Of a DNA stretch of 14,448 nt, positions 1 to 8,448 are shown piece after piece. A program made the translations under genes and the position numbers. The notes under the pieces were generated by a model. That model searched no databases, was not told the DNA's origin, and worked only from the letters and a program-made list of their open reading frames with translations. Numbering within the stretch: position 1 is the first letter of the stretch; each line of letters opens with the position of its first letter. Origin of the DNA: Octopus sinensis (Eukaryota); assembly GCF_006345805.1 (NCBI RefSeq), contig NW_021825803.1, positions 1-14,448 of the forward strand. Direction: 5' to 3'.

Positions 1-687
1 ATTTTAAGTAAAGAGAGTTTGGTTTATTAAAGAAATACATTTTTATAAAGCAAACATTTAGAATTACGTCATGAAAATATGCGCCATTTCGAAGCTAATT
101 TTCCGTGTGGGTTGAGAAAAAATAGCGAAAAAGTAATTTAACGAAACATAAAAAGATAGAAATAAAGAATGAGTAAAATTGGAGAATAATGGAATAGGTT
201 AAATAAATAAAAGTTTATTTAAAATAAAAAATACTCCAAACAACATATACGAGTAATTCAGGCAAAAAACAAACAAAAAGACCTAGAAATCCGGAAGGAA
301 ATCTGCTCTTTATTAAAGGAAGTTTATTTTTTAAATTTAAATTTACAAGGAAAAAAATGATGTAATTTTAGATGAAAAAAAAAAAGGAAGAAATGACGAA
401 AGTTAAAATAGGGGAGTAACAGATTTAGTTTTAATTAAAATGGTTGTAACGTGATAAGTAAAGAACGAAATACAAGTTGGGTGGGAGCTGTGAAATGTTT
501 CGGGGTTAGGGTTAGAGTATAAAGCAGAAATTTAAGCTGAGATTTTGGAGGAGAAATAAATGATTATAAAGGTTAAAAGGTCTGGAAAGGTTAAGCCTTT
601 TATTTGTAGATTTTTAAAAAATTTGAAATATAAGAGAAAACTTTTAAATAAAAATATAATTTAGGATCATTTAGAAGTGTGAAGAAT

Positions 688-764
688 GATGGGAAATGAA
701 GGGCAACAACTAATTGTTAAATACGTGAAAGAGCAAACAAGAACATTAAAAACCTGGATGATTT
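688..764 (-). repeat. Dispersed ~80-bp module X, copy 1 (inverted relative to 5011-5090)
   Basis: The reverse complement of 713-740 (ttgtttgctctttcacgtatttaacaat) is identical to 5037-5064. Gapped similarity extends on both sides. Confidence 0.85.
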
Positions 765-877
765 CAATTTCAATTTCTGTGAGCAGAAAGAGCGAATCAG
801 ATTAACTTGTTTAATCTTCATCAGGGATTATCTCTTATCTGTGAACAGAAAAATTAGCTGCATTTTAGCTGTTGCTA

Positions 878-1477
878 CTACGTTCCTTCAAATGTAAATA
901 GGGTACCTACTTTATGAGGTACCTACTGAGTGTAGTTAACTCTGGCAGATCTGTTTGTGAGTTTCTCAAGGGGCTTAGTGTAAAAGGCGTGGTTTACTGA
1001 GCTGACAACACTTGTAAGTCTGTAGAACTTTCCACACTGAAAAATGGTTGGCATAAACTGTAAGCAGGATTTGTATCTGCATCTGGTGAAGATGTTGGAA
1101 ATGACTTTCAAGGATTTAAAGCTTTAATAGAAAAACAGAACATATAATAATCTGATTCCTTGAGCTCGTTAATTAACTAATCTTGCAGTAAAGGATCTTA
1201 CATTGAGAATGGATTAAAGTAATGCTGGGAAACGGATGAATGTAAATGAAGACGCAGCTTTTGTTCTTCCTTACACTGACTCAGAATTGTGCGGTGGTTG
1301 CAAGTCCACCAACAATTAACCAGTAGAGAAAACAGGGATGAAAAAAAGGAAGCGGTAGTCTCTGTTGATAGATGAATTCAATTGATTGGTGAAATACTAA
1401 TATAAAACACAGTTTTATGAGTGAACAAGAAATAATTGATGTTTACAACGAGGCAGGATAACCTAATCAAAGAAATC
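878..1477 (+). pseudogene. Degraded pogo/Tigger-family (Jerky/JRKL-like, DDE_1) transposase fragment, C-terminal part
   Basis: Frame +2, 878-1117, reads LRSFKCK*GTYFMRYLLSVVNSGRSVCEFLKGLSVKGVVY*ADNTCKSVELSTLKNGWHKL*AGFVSASGEDVGNDFQGF. As I recall the family, this follows the post-DQG segment of Jerky/TIGD transposases (LRSxKxKY...F...VN.G..V.EF.K...KDA.Y....W..V...TL..AWH.LW...DFEGF). Other frames continue the similarity (MNVNEDAAFVLPYTDSEL near 1237-1290; MSEQEIIDVY at 1417-1446). Stops at 899, 998 and 1061, plus frameshifts. Not in the ORF track. Confidence 0.7.
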
Positions 1478-1526
1478 TTCTTTTGAATTGGATCTCGACG
1501 TACATTTAAAACTAGTAATAATAGGC

Positions 1527-1736
1527 TCCAAAGTTTTGGCACAAGGTCAGCAAGATCTGGGAAAGGGCTAAGTCTATTACAGCGACCCCAGTGTTAAGCA
1601 GGTACCTATTTTCCTCGACTCCGAAAAGATGAAAGGCAAAGTCGGCCCAGGTAGGATTTGAACTCAGGACGTAAAGACGAACGAAATGCTGCTGAGCATT
1701 TTGCCTGATGTGCTAACGATTCAGCCAGCTCATCAC
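1527..1736 (-). mobile_element. tRNA-derived SINE, family A, old diverged copy
   Basis: Aligns by eye with 6484-6713 (taagtc.attaca.cgacccc...gatgaaaggcaaagtcg...atttgaactc...acgaaat...gtgct.acg.t.c.gccagctc). Minus-strand B-box-like gagttcaaat near 1656-1665. Confidence 0.8.
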
Positions 1737-1796
1737 GATTCGGTTCATCATCTTCTTTTTAAAAATAAAAGCTATAAATTAGAACAGATAAATAAT

Positions 1797-2004
1797 AATA
1801 TCGGGTTGAGAAACCATTTTGGATAGAAAAAGCCAAACGCCCCTCATGGGACTCGTAGCCAGATCTCCTGTAGACATGATAGGCGTTCTACAATTGTGGT
1901 AAAGCAATTTTTCGAACGCCAGTCATAACTACAGGGGATGCGGGTTCGAGTCCCACGGGCGGACTTCGAGTTTTCTGTCCCAAACGGTTTTTAAACCCAA
2001 TATT
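1797..2004. repeat. ~208-bp imperfect palindrome of two divergently oriented tRNA-like (Thr-like) units; MITE-like or twin-SINE-like
   Basis: Arm 1797-1888 versus reverse complement of 1914-2004: 28/34 identical in the outer block and 33/42 in the inner block. An inner stem aattg/caatt closes the loop tggtaaag. The right unit carries a canonical B box, GGTTCGAGTCC, at 1943-1953. Confidence 0.8.
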
Positions 2005-2302
2005 TCCGTGCCAAATTAAAAAGATTTATATGTACATCGAGATCCAATTCCAAAGAAGAATTCTTCCCCCGTTCTCTCAAATGCTTATAGATTATTATGA
2101 TGTCAGCAATAATCAAAGACAGGCCAAAATATATTCAATCTGCTCAACTTGCAAGATACGTTTAGAAAATAACCAAAATGGTATGGAACAGGATAGGAAT
2201 TATTTGAAAAGTTCCAATAAAAGGCTCCAACATTTGCTCGTTCATCTTAGACATTTTCCAAAATAAAGAAACAAAGAATCCTAACAGCTCTTCATCTCAA
2301 GA

Positions 2303-2632
2303 CATGCTATCTGGCATTCCGTCGGTTACGACGACGAGCGTTCCACTTGATATGGTCAACGGATCAACCTGCTCGTGAAAATAACGTGCAAGTGGCTGAG
2401 TACTCCACAGACAAGCGTACCCTTAAGGTAGTTCCCGGGGAGATTCAGCGGGACACAGAAAGTGACAAGGCTGTCCCTTTTGAAGTACAGGTGCAAATCC
2501 TTTTTGCCAGCTGAGTGGACTGGAGCCACGTGATTTAATAGTGTCTTGCTCAAAGACAGAATGCGCCATCCTATATCGAACTCCTGACCTTACGATTGTG
2601 AGCTGGATACCACCCTAGCCACAAAACCATGT
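2303..2632 (-). mobile_element. tRNA-derived SINE, family B (CORE-like central domain, LINE-like 3' tail)
   Basis: The minus strand starts with a tRNA-like head (gtggctagggtggt...aggagttcgatat, B-box at ~2573-2585), then gtctttgagcaagacact...ccagtccactcagctggcaaaaa, which resembles a CORE-type domain. A complex non-simple tail runs to ~2303. Matches my memory of a common octopus repeat. Confidence 0.7.
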
Positions 2633-2785
2633 ATCCCCAAGACATGCAAATGTGCTTTAGTAGCAAATTCCAGCTCTTCACTTTGGAAAACTTTTCCGTG
2701 CAACTCGTTAAAATGTCACTTGAAAATGCTAATTAATGCTTCTTGTTTTCTTTTAATTAAAATTTCACTTAATTTTCATTTAATA

Positions 2786-2926
2786 TAAGGTTGTCTCAAA
2801 AGTTCGTAGAAAGTCTTGGAAAATAATGGTCTTTATTTTGAGGAATAATTTTTGTTGCTTTTGTTAGTACTTGGCGAGTAAAAATTCAATTTTCGCAAGT
2901 GTTTACGAACTTTTGGGACAACCTAA
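2786..2926. mobile_element. 141-bp mariner-type MITE
   Basis: 23-bp terminal inverted repeats: taaggttgtctcaaaagttcgta (2786-2808) versus tacgaacttttgggacaacctaa (2904-2926), 2 mismatches. TA dinucleotides at 2784-2785 and 2927-2928. TTAGGTTG...AAAAGT termini are typical of Hsmar1/MADE1-like mariners. No coding capacity. Confidence 0.85.
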
Positions 2927-3147
2927 TATTTCTTTTCTTTTCTTCTTTAAATTAAAATCACACTCCACTTAGATTTCATGTTGTCTTGTTCCTTTAGCAA
3001 CCAACTTGTACCGATTTTTGAGGGGTATTTTGAATTTGAGATAAAGGTGATGAGCTGTTGAGATGGTGTTTTCAAATTTATCACTCTGTAATCCGACAAA
3101 ATCACTAATCCAGTATCACTCTCCTGCCGGATTAGTGATGCTCCACT

Positions 3148-3182
3148 TATACACACACACACGCCACACACACACACACACA

Positions 3183-3226
<44 letters not shown>

Positions 3227-3278
3227 TCACACACACACCACACATATTTACTCATATATATATATATATGTATGTATT
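3148..3278. repeat. (CA)n/(TA)n microsatellite
   Basis: Direct dinucleotide runs. Confidence 0.95.
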
Positions 3279-3315
3279 ATGTATGTATGTGTGCAAGTAT
3301 GCATCTATCTATCTA

Positions 3316-3353
<38 letters not shown>

Positions 3354-3384
3354 CATCAATCCATCCATCCATCCATCCATCCAT

Positions 3385-3422
<38 letters not shown>

Positions 3423-3442
3423 ATCCATGTATGTATGCATGC

Positions 3443-3518
<76 letters not shown>

Positions 3519-3640
3519 GTCCGTCTGTTTGCCTGTCTGTCCGTCCATCCATCCCTCCCTCCCTCCCTCCCTCCCTCCCTATGTATGAATGTTTGCACGT
3601 ATCTATCTATCTACCTACCTATCTATCTATCTGTGTGTCT
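3279..3640. repeat. Compound tetranucleotide microsatellite (ATGT, CTAT, CTGT, CCAT, CCCT, CTAC)
   Basis: Consecutive tetranucleotide blocks visible directly. Confidence 0.95.
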
Positions 3641-3650
3641 TTCTATTACC

Positions 3651-3855
3651 TACACACGCGCGCACACAGACACACACACACACGCACACATACATACACA
3701 CGCACACACACACACACACACGCACACGCACATACACACGCACGCACACGCACATACACACGCACACACACATACACACACACACACACACATACACACA
3801 CACACACACATACATACACACGCACACACACACACACACACGCACACGCACACAC

Positions 3856-3892
<37 letters not shown>

Positions 3893-3904
3893 TGCACACA
3901 CACA
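3651..3904. repeat. Interrupted (CA)n microsatellite with CG/TA variants
   Basis: Direct dinucleotide runs. Confidence 0.95.
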
Positions 3905-3942
3905 TGTTAGGTGCGTGAAGGTGTTGGTCTTTGAGATAGCAT

Positions 3943-4053
3943 GGTGCACAGATTGTTTTCACTGGAAGTCTTCCAGGAATCGACCAAGAGAGCGGCAGAG
4001 ATGATCGCTTCATTAGTTTCAAAGAACCAATTTAGCTCAGATTGACAAAGAGA
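3943..4053 (+). repeat. Dispersed ~110-bp module Y, copy 1 (direct repeat of 5263-5372)
   Basis: Shares these blocks with 5263-5372: ggtgcacagattgttt, ctggaagNcttccagg, aatcgacc, atgatcgcttcattagttt, aaagaa.caattta, attgacaaagagata. Confidence 0.9.
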
Positions 4054-4117
4054 TAAAAAAAAAACCCAGAAAAATATGGGTTACATAGGCAGACAATCGC
4101 ATATATAGGTACATAAA

Positions 4118-4119
4118 TA

Positions 4120-4185
<66 letters not shown>

Positions 4186-4975
4186 CATACACACACAGAC
4201 AAACACACAGACAAACACATACACACACAGACAAACACACACACAAACACACACAAACACACACACACACACAAATACACACACACATACACACACACAA
4301 ACACACATACACACACAAACACACACACAGACAAACACATACACACACAGACAAACACAGACACAACACACACAAACACACACCACAAACACACACACCA
4401 CACAAACACCACTACACACACACAAACACACACCAGACAAACACATACAAACACAGACAACACACACCCCAACACACCAAACACACACACAAACACACAC
4501 ACCCCACACACAAACACACACAAACACACACACAGACAACACATACACACACCAGACACCACACACAACACAACACAAACACACACACACACACACAACA
4601 ACACCACAAACACCACACACCCACAAACACGCACACACACCAACACACACACACACACACACACACACAACACTACACCCACGCACGCACACACACACCA
4701 CCACACAAACACACACACAAACACACACACATACATACACACACACAAACACACACACAAACACACACAAACACACACACAAATATATATATATATGAAT
4801 GCATGTATGTATGTATATATAAGTCTGAAAACACACACACACACACAAACACACACACATATACACACACACACACAGACACACAAACACACACACACAC
4901 ACACACACACAAATATATATATATATGAATGCATGTATGTATATATATATATAAGTCTGTATACGTACACACAGA
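4118..4975. repeat. Long degenerate (CA)n array with CAAA/CAGA/CCA interruptions and a terminal local duplication
   Basis: Direct inspection. The block aaatatatatatatatgaatgcatgtatgtat...aagtctg occurs at 4781-4827 and 4911-4959. Confidence 0.95.
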
Positions 4976-5010
4976 CATTTTATCTTTAGTTGTGTCTACA
5001 AAACATTTAC

Positions 5011-5090
5011 AAATCATTCGGGGTTTTTTAATCTCGTTGTTTGCTCTTTCACGTATTTAACAATAGATGTTGTCCTTCGTTCCCTTCATC
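5011..5090 (+). repeat. Dispersed module X, copy 2
   Basis: See 688-764; the 28-bp exact core is at 5037-5064. Confidence 0.85.
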
Positions 5091-5262
5091 TTTTTTTTCT
5101 TCTTCCTGTTTTATTTATTTATTTATTATTTATTTTTTTTTGTTTTTTTTCGTTCCTTCACCTTCGCTTTATTAACGTCCAGGGGTGCTGGCTTGCATTT
5201 TATGGGAGCGCGCGAGCGCGGCAGAGCGCACATGCGAAGGTATCAGCAACTTTGGTTTGCAA

Positions 5263-5372
5263 GGTGCACAGATTGTTTGGCTGGAAGCCTTCCAGGGAAT
5301 CGACCCAATGGTTGCAGATGATCGCTTCATTAGTTTTAAAGAAGCAATTTAACATACATTGACAAAGAGATA
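5263..5372 (+). repeat. Dispersed module Y, copy 2
   Basis: See 3943-4053. Confidence 0.9.
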
Positions 5373-5404
5373 GATAAAGGCATAGATAGGCAAACGCAGA
5401 CATT

Positions 5405-5416
5405 ACACACACATGC

Positions 5417-5482
<66 letters not shown>

Positions 5483-5598
5483 TATATATATATTATATAT
5501 ATATATATATATACACATACATACATATATGTATGTATATATATGTAAGTATATATATATACACACACATCATACATATATGTATGTATATGTGTAAG

Positions 5599-5630
<32 letters not shown>

Positions 5631-5886
5631 CATGCATATATGTATGTATATTGTAAGTAATATATATATATAATATAATATATATATATATATACACACA
5701 CATACATACATATATGTATAATATGTGTAAGTATATATATATATATATATTATAACACACACCATACATACATATATGTATGTATATATGTAAGTATAAT
5801 ATATATATATGCATGTATATATATCTGCATGTTTATATATATAGACGTAGATATATATGTGTAGTGTGTGGATAGATATACATGTA

Positions 5887-5925
<39 letters not shown>

Positions 5926-5945
5926 ATATATGCATATATATATAT
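5405..5945. repeat. (TA)n-dominated compound microsatellite with a higher-order unit
   Basis: (TA)n runs separated by five recurrences of cata(c)atatatgtat...tgtaagta. Confidence 0.95.
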
Positions 5946-6483
5946 CTGAATGAGTGATAGTCAAATACGGACACAAATGCAAATACAACACACACAACCA
6001 CACACACACACACACACGCACACACACACATCCATACACATAATAAAATTTAAAAAAAACGGAGAAAAAAGACAAGAAAAAACAACAACAACAACAGGCG
6101 CGGACGTAGTACATGCAGGTACTAATGAGACGCTCCGAGAAGGAAAGAAAGAAAGAGTGGTTGTTTTGCGTTTCGTGCAAAGCTCTTCTTCGGAAACAGG
6201 AGACATTATAAAATCTGAGAGAAAAAGATGAAGGAGGAAGAAAAATCGCCAGCAGTAACGCAAACACAAACCTGCACACATACATATATTCATACAGAAA
6301 CACACACAAATATACGTGTAGAGACGCATACACAGGCACACATCACAAATCCACCATAATTTACGAACTAGCCATTGCTTAAGACAATAATTCTAAAGCC
6401 CCTAAAACCCTTATACAATGAAACTAATAACGAAATGAAAAAAATATATATAACTTCCATCTCGATCTAATAAAAATATATTT

Positions 6484-6713
6484 ATTTCCTACCCACAAGG
6501 GGCTAAACACAGAGAAGACAAACAAGGACAGACAAACGGATTAAGTCGATTACATCGACCCCCAGTGCGTAACTGGTACTTAATTTATCGAACCCCGGAA
6601 GGATGAAAGGCAAAGTCGACCTCGGCGGAATTTGAACTCGGAACGTAACGGCAGACGAAATACGGCAACGCACTTCGCCCGGCGTGCTGACGTTTCTGCC
6701 AGCTCGCCGCCTT
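6484..6713 (-). mobile_element. tRNA-derived SINE, family A, well-preserved copy
   Basis: The minus strand begins aaggcggcgagctggcagaaacgtcagcacgccgggcgaa (A-box-like) and carries a B-box-like ccgagttcaaattcc. The body continues gtcgactttgcctttcatccttccgggg and the tail ends at tgtgggtaggaaa. Homologous to 1527-1736. Resembles the octopus tRNA-derived SINEs as I recall them; subfamily not assigned. Confidence 0.85.
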
Positions 6714-6800
6714 ATAAAATAGACCTTATAAAAATAGACCTTATAATTGACAGCTGGTAATTGACACATTTGTCAAATGTGAAACACGGCTGTCTGTTAA

Positions 6801-6814
6801 TGCTGCTACTACTA

Positions 6815-6868
<54 letters not shown>

Positions 6869-6876
6869 CTACTACT

Positions 6877-6930
<54 letters not shown>

Positions 6931-6968
6931 CACCACCATCACTACCATCACCACTACTAGTACCACTA
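6801..6968. repeat. Compound trinucleotide repeat (CTA)n-(CTG)12-(CTA)n-(CCA)n
   Basis: Direct inspection; the CTG run spans 6830-6865. Confidence 0.95.
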
Positions 6969-7211
6969 TGTAAACCTGAAGATTGCGAAAGCATGAAAGT
7001 ACTTGTATTAGTGACAAGGTTACAAAAGCAACGAAAATTTTAGAATATACATGTGTGTGTGTGTGTGTGTGTGTAAATAATAAATGAGTGGAAATTGAAC
7101 CGGTGAGTGTGTTAGATATTAAGATTTGTATCATTCAAATATAGAATATTGTAAAATTGTAAAAAATACAAAAATAAAACATGAATTTCAGACAATGTAT
7201 TGGAATATAAT

Positions 7212-7214
7212 ATG

Positions 7215-7285
<71 letters not shown>

Positions 7286-7365
7286 AATGTGTGTGTGTGT
7301 GTTGAATGTATATATATATATGTATATATATATGAATGTATGTATGTGTGTATATGTATGTTGGC

Positions 7366-7426
<61 letters not shown>
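7212..7426. repeat. (TA)n/(TG)n compound microsatellite
   Basis: Direct inspection. Confidence 0.95.
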
Positions 7427-7427
<1 letters not shown>

Positions 7428-7616
7428 TGTGAATATAATGTATAAAAATACTTATCTTATAATGTCATAATTAAAAGTCACGCGTCTCTGACGGTTTGAC
7501 ATTAAAACTTGATTAAGTAATTTGCGTCATGCAACTAATAATCACTTAATGTTAATGAAACGTACGTAAGAGACTACAACTAAATATTGTGTTGACCATC
7601 TCTCATGCTTTGTTTT

Positions 7617-7688
7617 ACACGCACACACACACATATATACACGCACGTAAATAAACACACACACAAACACACACACACACACACACAC
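7617..7688. repeat. Interrupted (CA)n microsatellite
   Basis: Direct inspection. Confidence 0.9.
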
Positions 7689-7887
7689 TGAGAGTGCGTG
7701 TGTATGTGTATGTGCATGTGTCTTTTCATGCTGCAAATCAGAGTTTCGCCCTAACTATCCCCAGGCAACTGATTATAAGATGCATAAAGTTTGTTCACAT
7801 ACACGCTACACATCTGTTGCAGCCGTACAGTTTCCCACTGAAAGCTATTAGTCAGGAAGCTATAAGTTTCACAGAACTTCACGTATA

Positions 7888-8111
7888 TCTTTATCTTTTC
7901 TTTTATCTTTTACTTGTTTCAGTCATTTGACTGCGGCCATGCTGGAGCACCGCCTTTAATCGAGCAACTCGACCCCGGTACTTATTATTTTTGTAAGCCC
8001 AGTACTTATTCTATCGGTCTCTTTTGCCGAATCGCTAAGTGACGGGGACATAAACACACCAGCATCGGCTGTCAAGCAATGCTAGGGGGACAAACACAGA
8101 CACACAAACCA

Positions 8112-8177
<66 letters not shown>

Positions 8178-8345
8178 AATATACACGACGGGCTTCTTTC
8201 AGTTTCCGTCTACCAAATCCACTCACAAGGCATTGGTCGGCCCGGGGCTATAGCAGAAGACACTTGCCCAAGATGCCACGCAGTGGGACTGAACCCGGAA
8301 CCATGTGGTTTGTAAACAAGCTACTTACCACACAGCCACTCCTGC
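7888..8345 (-). mobile_element. Full-length tRNA-derived SINE, family C, with an internal (TA)n(TG)n tract
   Basis: Minus strand: gcaggagtggctgtgtggtaag (A-box-like), ccgggttcagtccc (B-box-like, 8285-8298), gtggcatcttgggcaagtgtcttc (CORE-like), ggatttggtagacggaaactgaaagaagcccgtcg, a microsatellite, the 3' body, then an aaaagata-type tail. Colinear with 8449-8950. Confidence 0.88.
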
Positions 8346-8448
8346 ATATATGCATACAAAAATAAACTTACTATCCGGATTTACCTGAAGACCTCATAAT
8401 CGAATTAATCTATACCGTGAGGATGGCGGCTGAATATTTACCTATCTT

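Noticed and set aside
502-516. Telomeric TTAGGG remnant (ggggttagggttaga)
   Set aside because: Only about two units; expected by chance.
1-680. Purine-rich AT-rich stretch as a LINE or transposase remnant
   Set aside because: Frequent stops in the frames I tried and no recognisable motif.
902-927. 10-bp direct repeat ggtacctact as a target-site duplication
   Set aside because: Only 6 bp lie between the copies, and the transposase frame runs through without a gap.
923-1111. 62-aa minus-strand ORF
   Set aside because: It is the antisense shadow of the plus-strand pogo transposase relic.
1889-1962. Functional tRNA gene
   Set aside because: The B box is good, but the anticodon loop is non-canonical (cataact), the anticodon stem has a mismatch, the D-arm spacing is wrong and no acceptor stem forms. 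Kept as tRNA-like only.
2030-2266. 78-aa non-repetitive ORF
   Set aside because: No recognisable motif, no convincing splice context, and a length expected by chance.
5067-5321. 84-aa ORF, and module Y as a duplicated coding exon
   Set aside because: The N-terminus is T-rich low complexity. The two Y copies differ by frameshifting indels, and copy 1 has an upstream in-frame stop.
2947-6341. Long ORFs of 100-313 aa rich in HT, CV, YI, LSIY and PSIH repeats
   Set aside because: They are translations of di- and tetranucleotide microsatellites, open in several frames on both strands, with no domain content.
6761-7134. Poly-Leu/Thr, poly-Ser/Val or poly-Gln (CAG) coding tract
   Set aside because: A compound trinucleotide repeat with a frame-breaking insertion near 6876 and no flanking coding signal.
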